From NCBI RefSeq assembly GCF_030253515.1, contig NZ_CP124549.1, positions 300,001 to 332,000 on the forward strand: a DNA stretch of 32,000 nucleotides. The letters run 5' to 3'. This document shows, piece after piece, positions 7,629 to 16,280 of this stretch. The notes under the pieces were generated by a model that made no database searches, was not told the origin of the DNA, and saw only the letters and a list, made by a program, of their open reading frames with translations. Position numbers and translations under genes: made by a program. The DNA is from Candidatus Nanosynbacter lyticus. GTDB lineage: Bacteria > Patescibacteriota > Saccharimonadia > Saccharimonadales > Saccharimonadaceae. The first letter of the stretch is position 1, and every line of letters begins with the position of its first letter.

Positions 7629-8090
7629 TTAGCGGACGCCGACCACTTGCAGGCGCCGGGTGGTGCGACCGAGACCGAGAGAGATGGTTTCGGTGGCGTG
7701 GCGGTTGAGGAGGCTCTGTCCGAGGGGGCTATCGACCGAGATGCGGCCGTCAGACGGATCAGCCTCGAGGCTGTCAACGAGGGTGTAGCGAAAGAGCTGA
7801 CCTTGCTGATCGATGAGGTCAACCACCGAACCAATGGCGATGCGCAGCCGATCGCGCTTGCGTGGCAGCGGCTTGGCGGTCTTGAGCGCAGTGCGTTTCT
7901 CGGCGAGCTTGCCATGGACGTTTTCGAGATTCATAATAATGTCACTGCGGCGGAGTTTGTCGTCGCGAGACTTGGCGCGGCCGATGTCACGCAGTTCAGC
8001 TGAGAGTGCTTTTTCGCGGATTTCGAGTTCGTTGATCTGCTTGTGTAATTCTTTGAAGCCTTTTTTACTGAGATATGTTGTCGTATTCAT
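7629..8090 (-). CDS. GreA/GreB-family transcription factor homolog
   Basis: The C-terminal domain matches the Gre pattern (YTLVDSLEADPSDGRISVDSPLGQSLL). The N-terminal coiled-coil lacks the canonical GDLxENAEY tip. Confidence 0.7.
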   Translation of the reverse strand: MNTTTYLSKKGFKELHKQINELEIREKALSAELRDIGRAKSRDDKLRRSDIIMNLENVHGKLAEKRTALKTAKPLPRKRDRLRIAIGSVVDLIDQQGQLFRYTLVDSLEADPSDGRISVDSPLGQSLLNRHATETISLGLGRTTRRLQVVGVR

Positions 8091-8204
8091 TCTTACCCTT
8101 TCCGGTGAAGCTCACCTCACCTGCGATCTATTACACCATGGTATTCTGAAAATTAGCTGAAAATTACAAAAAAGCATAAGAAAAGCCATACCACCAGAGG
8201 TGAA

Positions 8205-9164
8205 TTACAGAGTTTTTGGTAGTGAAATGGTGAACGTTGTGGTGCCCTTGCGGCTGGCGGCGGTGAGTTGGCCACCGAGGGCGCCGGCCAGTTGCTTGGC
8301 GAGACTGAGGCCAAGGCCGTAGCCACCACTGCCCTGCTCGCCAGAGAAAAATCGCTCAAAAATATGCGGTAAGTCACGTGCCGCGATTTGGCCATCGTTC
8401 GTCAAGCAGACGGTGACGCGGTGGTTCGTGGCCTTGATGTCAACCTGGACGCGAGACTTACGCGGGCTGTGGCGCAGGGCATTGTCGAGGATGATGGCGA
8501 TGAGTTCGCGGACGATGAGGCGGTGGCTGGTCAAGGTGATGGCCTCGTCGGTGATCAGTACGGTGCGCGCATCGGCCTTGCGTTCAGTGATCAGCTTTTT
8601 GGTGAGGTCAGTGATGTCAAAGGTCTCGGTTGTGGTTTCTAGTTGTCGATTGGCAGATGACAATTTGAGCAGCGTCTCGGTCAGCTGCGTCAGGCGGTCG
8701 GTCTCTTCGAGCGTACTTTGGAGCGTCTGGCGGAGTGATGCTTTGCTGGTGCGTCGGTCGGACAATGCCAGCTCGGCCTCAGCCTTGATGACAGCCAGTG
8801 GTGTGCGCAGCTGATGGCTGGCGTTGGCGGTAAAGCGCGACTGGGCGTCATGTGCTGCCTCGATCGGCTCAAGCGTCCGCCGGGCCAATATATAGGCACA
8901 CACACCGCCGCCGAGCAGTACGATGAGGTTGAGATAGCCGAGGCTGATTAGTAGGTTGGTGGTCGAGATTGACGGATGGTCGCGGATGATGGTGGTTTCG
9001 GTGTGGCTATCAGTTTTGTGATGCTTGCTCCAGTTACTGAGCTGGACGTCGAGCTCGGAGCTGGTAACTTGAAAGATAATGCCGCTAAATAGCAAGCTGA
9101 CGGTCATCAGAATGAGCAAGTACCAGCCGGCGAGCTTGAGTGTTGCCGAGAAAAATAATTTCAC
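8205..9164 (-). CDS. Sensor histidine kinase
   Basis: H-box ASHQLRTPL, HATPase_c boxes, two N-terminal TM segments, ATGA overlap with the regulator gene. Confidence 0.9.
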   Translation of the reverse strand: MKLFFSATLKLAGWYLLILMTVSLLFSGIIFQVTSSELDVQLSNWSKHHKTDSHTETTIIRDHPSISTTNLLISLGYLNLIVLLGGGVCAYILARRTLEPIEAAHDAQSRFTANASHQLRTPLAVIKAEAELALSDRRTSKASLRQTLQSTLEETDRLTQLTETLLKLSSANRQLETTTETFDITDLTKKLITERKADARTVLITDEAITLTSHRLIVRELIAIILDNALRHSPRKSRVQVDIKATNHRVTVCLTNDGQIAARDLPHIFERFFSGEQGSGGYGLGLSLAKQLAGALGGQLTAASRKGTTTFTISLPKTL

Positions 9165-9835
9165 TCGCCAGCCTCCAATTTATACCCAAAGCCACGCACG
9201 GTGTGAATCAGCGGCCGGCGAAACGGCTTGTCGATTTTTTTGCGCAGCTGCTTGATGTAGGCCTCGACGTTGTTGGGTAAAATATCGGCATCAAAATCCC
9301 ACACATGGGCGATCAATGTGTCTTTGCTGAGTGTCTGGCCGGGGTGGCGCGCCAGGTATTCGAGGAGCGCGTACTCCTTGCTAGTCAGGTCGATCGCGGT
9401 GCCAGCACGAGTGACGGATTGTGTTGTCTGGTCGATCACGAGATCGGCGATCTGGAGCGTGTCCGGTTGCTGAATTGGTGGGCGCCTGAGGAGCGCTCGC
9501 ACGCGGGCGGTGAGTTCGGCGATGGCGAAGGGCTTGACGAGATAATCATCAGCGCCGCTGTCCAGGCCGGACGTCTTGTCCTCAGTCGTCCCCAGCGCTG
9601 TCAACAGCAAAATCGGCATATCCTTGCCCTGCCCACGTACTGTCCGCACAATATCCGTGCCACTCTGTCCTGGTAACATCCGATCAACGACTAGTAGATC
9701 GTACGGCTCACTCATCGCCATATTCAGCCCCTCGTCTCCGTCATGCGTCACGTCCACGGCGTGATGCTCACGCCGCAAGGCCTCGGCGATAATCCGGGCA
9801 ATCTTTGGTTCGTCTTCGATGATGAGGAGGCGCAT
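9161..9835 (-). CDS. OmpR-family response regulator
   Basis: Receiver domain (LLIIEDE..DRMLPGQSG..VKPF) plus winged helix (..TVRGFGYKL). Confidence 0.9.
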   Translation of the reverse strand: MRLLIIEDEPKIARIIAEALRREHHAVDVTHDGDEGLNMAMSEPYDLLVVDRMLPGQSGTDIVRTVRGQGKDMPILLLTALGTTEDKTSGLDSGADDYLVKPFAIAELTARVRALLRRPPIQQPDTLQIADLVIDQTTQSVTRAGTAIDLTSKEYALLEYLARHPGQTLSKDTLIAHVWDFDADILPNNVEAYIKQLRKKIDKPFRRPLIHTVRGFGYKLEAGE

Positions 9836-9929
9836 AAGTATATTATATAAAATATTTTGCTAGTGTGTATAGTGAGCATCTCATACCTGGAGTTACTCAA
9901 CACAGTATATAGGCTTATAATTATAATCA

Positions 9930-10253
9930 ATGCATCTGGACGATAAAACATTTACCAATCTACTAATCATTTGTCAGGCTCTTGATGCGAAGTTCCCTCA
10001 TGGTGCTGACATATTCCAGCGCGTATCGCGGTTGTGCGAGGAGAGTGGCGAGCTCGCTAGCGCCGTTAACCACCTTGAAGGTATGGGCGTCAAGCGCCGC
10101 AAACACGGCCAGCCGCAGTATGATAATCTCATCAAAGAGATTCAGGACGTCATGCGCTGCGCGGTTGGTATAGCTATACATTACGGAGTAGAGCGTGAAG
10201 TTGTAGCGGCGATAGCTCAGAGCGCCGAGGGAGTAGGGCGAAATAAGACATAG
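9930..10253 (+). CDS. MazG-like all-alpha nucleotide pyrophosphohydrolase
   Basis: 107 aa with an EESGELASAV motif and a second acidic helix (IKEIQDVM), typical of small MazG-domain proteins. Confidence 0.6.
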   Translation: MHLDDKTFTNLLIICQALDAKFPHGADIFQRVSRLCEESGELASAVNHLEGMGVKRRKHGQPQYDNLIKEIQDVMRCAVGIAIHYGVEREVVAAIAQSAEGVGRNKT

Positions 10254-10313
10254 TACCTTACGTCCCCTGCTCCACCCACATAGTGTATAATAGGCAGAAA
10301 GAAAGGGAGATAT

Positions 10314-11078
10314 ATGGGACGAGATACAGCAAAACAGCAGCAGCCGATTGTCGAGATTCGTCATTTTCGGATGGCGTTTGGCGACAAAACGGTCATCCAG
10401 GACCTCAGTTTCGAGGTGCGATGCGGCGAGGTGTTTGGGTTTTTGGGCAGCAACGGCTCGGGAAAAACAACGACACTCAGGGCACTACTGGGACTATATG
10501 AACCGGCGGGTGGCGAGCTGCTGGTTGATGGCAAACCGTATACGGTTGAGGATAGCGTCAAGCTAGGCTACCTTCCGGAGGAGCGTGGCCTGTACAAAAA
10601 AGAAAAAGTTATCGACACCATGATTTATTTTGGCCGATTGAAAGGACTCAGCAAAGAAGAAGCTCGTACATTTTCCATGAACTATTTGGAGCGAGTTGGT
10701 TTGAGCGACAAGGCAAAGATTCGGCTGGACAAATTATCAGGCGGCCAGCAGCAAAAAATTCAGCTGGGCGTGACCATCATGGGCGACCCAGAACTGCTTA
10801 TTTTGGACGAGCCGACTAAGGGTTTTGACCCAGTCAATCGCCGACTGCTAATGAACATCATTGAAGAGCGGCGCAAGGCTGGCGCAACGGTGATATTTGT
10901 CACCCACCAGATGGAAGAGGTCGAACGGCTATGTGATCGGCTGATTCTATTAAAAGACGGTCGAGCGGCGGCGTACGGTACGCTAGCAGAAGTGAAAAAG
11001 CAGTTCGGCGGCGCGTCAATGGATGATATTTTTGTGAAGGTTTACGGTGGCGAAAAGCAGGAGGTACGTCATGAGTAA
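10314..11078 (+). CDS. ABC transporter ATP-binding protein (ABC-2 type)
   Basis: Walker A GSNGSGKTT, signature LSGGQQQK, Walker B LLILDEP. SD AAGGGAG; TATAAT at 10286-10291. Confidence 0.9.
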   Translation: MGRDTAKQQQPIVEIRHFRMAFGDKTVIQDLSFEVRCGEVFGFLGSNGSGKTTTLRALLGLYEPAGGELLVDGKPYTVEDSVKLGYLPEERGLYKKEKVIDTMIYFGRLKGLSKEEARTFSMNYLERVGLSDKAKIRLDKLSGGQQQKIQLGVTIMGDPELLILDEPTKGFDPVNRRLLMNIIEERRKAGATVIFVTHQMEEVERLCDRLILLKDGRAAAYGTLAEVKKQFGGASMDDIFVKVYGGEKQEVRHE

Positions 11079-12303
11079 AATGCATAATTTCGGGATGGTA
11101 TTCAAATTTGAAGTGCTGCGTACCTTGAAGAAGCCAACCTTTTGGCTGATAGCGCTGGGTTTTCCGGTTATGATCGGATTGATTTTCGGTATTGTTCTTT
11201 GGTCAAATCAGGCGACTAAAGAGGCGGCCGATAAGCTTCAAGAACAAAAATTTAGCATTACTATGACAGATCATTCAAAGCTAATCAAGCCGGAAGTCGC
11301 GGCGGTGATGAAAGTCCAATCAGTTGACTCCGAAGCTGAAGGTATCGAAAAAGTCAAACGCCGTCAGACGGATGCTTACTTCTATATACCGAAGAATCTT
11401 GAGAAGGACACGATCAGGATATACGGCCAAGATACGGGGGTTTTTGAGAACAATAAGTACGAGGCGGTTGTCCGCACACTACTGAATCAGTCGGTTGATA
11501 GTAGGGTCACCGGATCGGAAGCGGCAGTGATCAAGCAGAAAATTAATTCGTCACTCAAGACCTATAAAGACGGTAAAGAAAGCGGCGGTGTGAACGAGAT
11601 GATCGTGCCAGGGTTCTTCCTAGTGCTGTTTTACATGCTTGTTGCCTTCTTTGGTAATCAGATGCTGACGAGTACCGTCGAGGAGAAAGAAAACCGCACC
11701 GTCGAGATGCTGCTAACAACAGTGCAAGCCAAGACACTGATCGTTGGTAAGATCTGGGCGTTGATCGCTCTATCGCTGATTCAGGGGATGGTTATCGTTG
11801 TGCCGGTGTTAGCTGCCTACTTCGGATTTGGTTCGCAGCTACATTTGGCTAGCTTTGACCTGTCGCAAATTGTATTTGATCCGACAAGGATTGCTATTGC
11901 TGTCGCGTTATTCGGCGCGAGCTTTACCATGCTGACCGGTTTGTTGGTGGCTATGGGGGCAATGATGCCGACTGCCAAGGAGGCAGGTTCGTGGGTTGGT
12001 CTGGTGATGATATTGCTGTTTGGGCCGCTGTATGCCGCGTCAGTATTTGTCTCATACCCAGAGTCAACCTTCTCGATGGTCATGTCGTACTTCCCGCTTA
12101 CGGCGCCGATTCCGCTGATGATTAGGAATACGGTTGGCAATTTGTCGCTCATTGAGGCCTTGATCGGCGTAGCGGTCTTGGTGGTGTCTGCGGCGTTGAT
12201 TATGATGCTGGCGGTGCGGGTTTTCCGCTACGGCGCGATGTCATATGATAGCAAGTTATCTCTGTCAGCGTTGCGGATGAAGCGAAAAACTGGTAAAGTT
12301 TAG
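11071..12303 (+). CDS. ABC-2 family permease
   Basis: The start is moved to ATG 11071 (AGGAGG 6 nt upstream, ATGA-type overlap with the ATPase stop). One N-terminal TM, a large loop, then 5 C-terminal TMs. Confidence 0.8.
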   Translation: MSKMHNFGMVFKFEVLRTLKKPTFWLIALGFPVMIGLIFGIVLWSNQATKEAADKLQEQKFSITMTDHSKLIKPEVAAVMKVQSVDSEAEGIEKVKRRQTDAYFYIPKNLEKDTIRIYGQDTGVFENNKYEAVVRTLLNQSVDSRVTGSEAAVIKQKINSSLKTYKDGKESGGVNEMIVPGFFLVLFYMLVAFFGNQMLTSTVEEKENRTVEMLLTTVQAKTLIVGKIWALIALSLIQGMVIVVPVLAAYFGFGSQLHLASFDLSQIVFDPTRIAIAVALFGASFTMLTGLLVAMGAMMPTAKEAGSWVGLVMILLFGPLYAASVFVSYPESTFSMVMSYFPLTAPIPLMIRNTVGNLSLIEALIGVAVLVVSAALIMMLAVRVFRYGAMSYDSKLSLSALRMKRKTGKV

Positions 12304-12306
12304 GGT

Positions 12307-13446
12307 ATGAAAGTACGCATTGAAATAGACACCAAAACATTTGTGCGGTTTTGGCTGGTGGTTATCGGATTTGGGCTGGCGGGGCTGATGATTTATTCGG
12401 CGCGGGATGCGCTGATGGTGCTCGGGACGGCGTTGTTTCTGGCACTGGCACTGAACGCGCCGGTGCGTAAGTTGGCATCGTGGCTACCCGGCAAGAGTCG
12501 GCTGGGCGGGACGGCGTTGGCGTTTATGCTGCTGATCATCATCTTGACTAGTGTGATTTGGTTCGTGGTGCCGCCATTGGTGCAGCAATCGGCCAAGTTT
12601 GCCGAGACGCTGCCGGGGCTGGTCAATGGTGTTAACGAGCAGTGGCACGGGCTGAAGGGTTTCGTTGAGCAGAATGGCTTGCAGCCGCAGATTGATTCCC
12701 TGATGAATAATATCCGCGGCCAGGCATCCAGTTGGGCGGCGAGTTTTGGTGCGAATATTCTCGGTAGTATTGGCTCGCTGGCATCATTTTTGGCATCGGC
12801 CTTTCTGGTGCTGGTGCTGACGTTCTTGATGCTGCTCGAGGGCCAGGAATGGATGGAGCGGCTGTGGCGACTGTATCGGGATGAGCAGCGGCGCGACCAT
12901 CACAAGGTGCTGGTTGGCAAGATTTATAACGTGGTGACTGGCTACATCGTCGGGCAGCTGACGGTGTCGGGAATCGGTTCGCTGTGTGCCGGGGCGTTTG
13001 TGTTTGGCATGAGCTGGTTCATTCCGGAGATCGCAGCCAACTTGGCGATGCCGACGATTCTGCTGGTGTTCCTACTCAGCCTGATCCCGATGTTTGGGGC
13101 GACGATCGCCGGTGTGGTGGTGGGACTGATGCTGATGCTCAATAGTGTGTCGGCGGGCGTCATCTATCTCATCTATTTCGTGATCTACCAGCAGATTGAG
13201 AATAATTTTATCGCGCCAGTTATTCAGGGCAAGAAAGTCGAGCTGTCGGCGCTGGCGATCTTGGCGGCGGTGACGGTCGGGCTGTATGTTGGCGGCTTGG
13301 TCGGTGGTGTGGTGGCCATTCCGATCGCTGGATCGCTCAAGGTGCTGATGGACGATTATCTGGCGCATAATCGTGAGCCGCAGGCGCCGCCTCGCCGCTC
13401 GCCGCTAAAAAAGGCGCTCAAAAAAGCCGCCAAGGAAGCCGGCTGA
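12307..13446 (+). CDS. AI-2E family (PerM/UPF0118) transporter
   Basis: 379-aa polytopic membrane protein with the characteristic ..YQQIENNFIAPVIQGK.. segment. Confidence 0.8.
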   Translation: MKVRIEIDTKTFVRFWLVVIGFGLAGLMIYSARDALMVLGTALFLALALNAPVRKLASWLPGKSRLGGTALAFMLLIIILTSVIWFVVPPLVQQSAKFAETLPGLVNGVNEQWHGLKGFVEQNGLQPQIDSLMNNIRGQASSWAASFGANILGSIGSLASFLASAFLVLVLTFLMLLEGQEWMERLWRLYRDEQRRDHHKVLVGKIYNVVTGYIVGQLTVSGIGSLCAGAFVFGMSWFIPEIAANLAMPTILLVFLLSLIPMFGATIAGVVVGLMLMLNSVSAGVIYLIYFVIYQQIENNFIAPVIQGKKVELSALAILAAVTVGLYVGGLVGGVVAIPIAGSLKVLMDDYLAHNREPQAPPRRSPLKKALKKAAKEAG

Positions 13447-13462
13447 GTAAGCGGCCGAGAGA

Positions 13463-14893
13463 TTATCGGTACGACCAAACTTGACCAGATGGGGTGTCGC
13501 GTAGGGCGATGCCCTTTTCGTCGAGTTGAGCGCGAATATCGTCGGCAGTCTGCCAGTTTTTGGCGCGGCGAGCTTGCTGACGCTCGAGGATGAGCCGCTT
13601 GACTTCATCATCAATATCTGGCGTGCCGTCCATCAGCCCTAGGCCCAGCACCTCGTCGATCACCTCGAGTAGTTGCAATAAACCGCCGCGGTGAATTTTC
13701 TCTAACGGCGCATGATCCAGCCGCGAAAATGCCTCGTCGATCAGCGCCAGGGCCCCCGGTGTATCCAAATTATCATTCAGCTTTTCAACCAGCGCCTGCC
13801 GCGCCGCCAGCAGCGACACCGTGCCTTCCTGCTCATCTTTCTCATCGTCATCATCTAGCGTGTCGTGCGTCTGGTGCCGCAGCGCCGCATAGCCGCGCCA
13901 ATGGTCCAGCCGCGCCTGGGCCGCCTCCAAAATTTCCCAGGTGAAATTGCCCTCGGTTTGGTAATGCTTGCTGAGAATCGCTAGCTTGAAAGCCATCGGG
14001 CTGAAACCGCGGGCGGTGATATCAGTGAGGGTGATGATGTTGCCCAAGGATTTGCTCATCTTGCGGCCATCAACCTTGATGTGATTGTTGTGTAGCCATA
14101 TTTGAGAGAATTGCCGCCTGGTCAAGCTCTCGCTCTGGGCAATTTCATTAGTGTGATGCACTGGAATATGGTCGATGCCGCCAGTGTGGATGTCAATTGA
14201 ATCGCCCAGTGTCTCCCGGGCAATGGTCGAACATTCTAGGTGCCAACCCGGAAAACCGACGCCCCACGGGCTGTCCCACTCCATGTCACGCTTGGTGTTG
14301 GTCGGTGAAAATTTCCAGACGGCGAAGTCGGTGATGTTGCGCTTGCCCTCGACGCTGACCCGCGCGCCAGCCTCCAGTCCGGCTACGTCTAGTCGCGCTA
14401 ATTTGCCGTAATCTGGCAGTCGCGACGTATCAAAATACATGCCGTCGCCATCAATTTTGTATAACAATCCCTTCTCATCTAGCCCGCGAGCAAAGTCAAT
14501 TTGCTGCTGGATATAGTCCGTTGCCCGCACCAGATGGTCGGGTCGTACTAGTTTCAACACCTCGTAGGCCTCGTGCTCGGCGATGGCGATGTACTGCTCG
14601 GCGATATCCCAGGCAGTCTTCCCCTCGCGGCGTGCCCCCTTCTCCATCTTATCCTCGCCATTATCATCATCACTGGTCAAGTGTCCAACGTCGGTGATAT
14701 TCTGCGTCCGAATAACCGAGATGTCCTGCCAGCGCAGCAACCGTACCAACACATCCCAATAAATATAGCCAACCCAATTGCCGATGTGCGGCTGCGAATA
14801 CACCGTCAGCCCACAGGTATACATGCGAACCGTCCGTCCGTCGAGCGGCTGGAGTTTGTCTTTATGGCGAGTGAGGGTGTTGTGGAGCTTCAT
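13463..14893 (-). CDS. cysS: Cysteine--tRNA ligase
   Basis: Class I signatures HIGN and KMSKSLGN; length and order are typical of CysS. Confidence 0.95.
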   Translation of the reverse strand: MKLHNTLTRHKDKLQPLDGRTVRMYTCGLTVYSQPHIGNWVGYIYWDVLVRLLRWQDISVIRTQNITDVGHLTSDDDNGEDKMEKGARREGKTAWDIAEQYIAIAEHEAYEVLKLVRPDHLVRATDYIQQQIDFARGLDEKGLLYKIDGDGMYFDTSRLPDYGKLARLDVAGLEAGARVSVEGKRNITDFAVWKFSPTNTKRDMEWDSPWGVGFPGWHLECSTIARETLGDSIDIHTGGIDHIPVHHTNEIAQSESLTRRQFSQIWLHNNHIKVDGRKMSKSLGNIITLTDITARGFSPMAFKLAILSKHYQTEGNFTWEILEAAQARLDHWRGYAALRHQTHDTLDDDDEKDEQEGTVSLLAARQALVEKLNDNLDTPGALALIDEAFSRLDHAPLEKIHRGGLLQLLEVIDEVLGLGLMDGTPDIDDEVKRLILERQQARRAKNWQTADDIRAQLDEKGIALRDTPSGQVWSYR

Positions 14894-15052
14894 TACTCTT
14901 ATTTTACAGGAAAAAGCAGAGATTGGCGAGCGACCTCGCTCCGCTGCAACTGGATGTTACCCCGTATCTCAGTCGTTATCTGGGTGGCTGTAAGATCTAC
15001 CCGTGCCTATGGTATGATGATCCTAGGAAGTGTAAGGCGAGAAAGGTGATAT

Positions 15053-15511
15053 ATGGATACAACCTTGTTTCAGTACTGTCAAAAAATAGTGCTATTCAGT
15101 CAAGACGGCTCTGCCGTGCTGCTCGCTAGGCGCCGCGGGGAGGCTGATTATGATGGCGTGTTCTCGTTTATTGGCGGCAAGTTGGAGTCGACGGATGGCG
15201 GCCTGGTGAATGGTCTTCGGCGGGAGAAAAATGAGGAAATTGGCTCGGCTGCTAAAATTGCGGTGGTAACGAGTATCAGCGTTAATGAATATTTTGTCAA
15301 AACTAATGGACAGGCCATGGTGCTGCCGCATTATTATGCCCGGTTTATCGGCGGTGAAATTACGCTCAATGATGAGTATTCTGAGTATCGGTGGGTAAAC
15401 CTACGTGAGTTAGATCAGTTTGAACCAAAGATTGAGACGGTCGCCCCTATGGTTGAGGCTGTCCAAAAAATTATGCGAGTTGCCACCGAGGCGGATTATC
15501 GAGAGATGTGA
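15053..15511 (+). CDS. Nudix hydrolase (variant box)
   Basis: GGKLES..LRREKNEEIG, a Nudix box with a short insertion. SD AAAGGTGA and an extended -10 TGGTATGAT at 15010-15018. Confidence 0.75.
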   Translation: MDTTLFQYCQKIVLFSQDGSAVLLARRRGEADYDGVFSFIGGKLESTDGGLVNGLRREKNEEIGSAAKIAVVTSISVNEYFVKTNGQAMVLPHYYARFIGGEITLNDEYSEYRWVNLRELDQFEPKIETVAPMVEAVQKIMRVATEADYREM

Positions 15512-15726
15512 CGCGTATCGGCTACTCTCCACGCCCTCCAATGCTGGCCTAGATTTACGGTATTTTCTGTATCGAGTTCGCTTTCGTCGTTTCCGACTCA
15601 TCAGCATAGACATGCATCTATGGAGCGAACTGACAAGCAGAAGGTGGAGGAAAGTTAACTTTGCCCGCCAGTTCGTAAATGGTGTGTATTTATCAATCAC
15701 CCCCCTTTGGTGTGATTACGAATGGT

Positions 15727-16002
15727 TTAGACAGGGTATGGACCTATTGGGATATTTCTGTCTGTTCCGTATGCTTTACGGTATGCCTCCTCAATCCACG
15801 CTGGGTCAGAGTCGTGGTGGACTCTTATGGTGTACCCGTTGAACTTGAAGGTGACGAGCACCTTCTCCTTTACTGCTGCGGTCCAGCCATTGGACCGCTC
15901 CAGCCGCTCAGCCAACTGGATGGCCATCCATGCCGCATCAAGAACAAGCGTTCTTGATTTGACGATGAGTTCAACTGCTACGATACAGTAGTCGTCTGTC
16001 AT
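15727..16002 (-). CDS. Hypothetical protein (91 aa) driven by repeat copy 1
   Basis: ATG 16002 with GGGGAGG 8 nt upstream. No recognisable motif. About 185-nt leader from the repeat-borne promoter. Confidence 0.5.
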   Translation of the reverse strand: MTDDYCIVAVELIVKSRTLVLDAAWMAIQLAERLERSNGWTAAVKEKVLVTFKFNGYTIRVHHDSDPAWIEEAYRKAYGTDRNIPIGPYPV

Positions 16003-16188
16003 AATGTTCTTCCTCCCCACCCGAGCGGATGCTCATGTGAAAAACACTGGTCGACACTCGGATGGGTCGACTCGAGATGGGGTGTTTTGGTGCTTCTTAT
16101 GATACACCACGACATCCCACCTCAAATCGAAACTTTCTCTGCTTGTCAAACTACACTTTCGGACAAGGATGTACTCAACTCGTCAACA

Positions 16189-16280
16189 AAAGCTGATATA
16201 TATATCACTAATAGAATAAAATGTCAATGGATTTTGTCAAAAATGTGGTATTATATGCCTTTTTCAGCGTTTTTGGCCTG
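16189..16280. repeat. Copy 1 of a ~92-bp near-identical repeat (partner at 18844-18934)
   Basis: Aligned by eye, the copies differ by 2 substitutions and 1 single-base indel. The last 30 bp of this copy encode the der C-terminus and stop codon. Confidence 0.85.
16199..16227 (-). promoter_or_regulatory. Repeat-borne promoter TTGACA-N17-TATATA (copy 1)
   Basis: Minus strand has TTGACA (16227-16222), a 17-nt spacer ending in TGA, and TATATA (16204-16199). It points toward 15727-16002. Confidence 0.5.

Noticed and set aside
15647-15655. GAGGAAAGT, resembling the universally conserved RNase P RNA CR-I motif (GAGGAAAGUCC).
   Set aside because: The motif continues TAAC instead of CCGG. I could not find the other conserved RNase P blocks nearby, and the intergenic space is too short for the RNA.
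15410-15700. 96-aa minus-strand ORF with a hydrophobic stretch then a very basic tail (SRKRRKRTRYRKYRKSR), reminiscent of small membrane toxins.
   Set aside because: The GTG start has essentially no spacing from its G-rich SD-like run. A third of the ORF is antisense to the Nudix gene's 3' end, and there is no supporting motif. It may be worth a Ribo-seq look but is not supportable from sequence.
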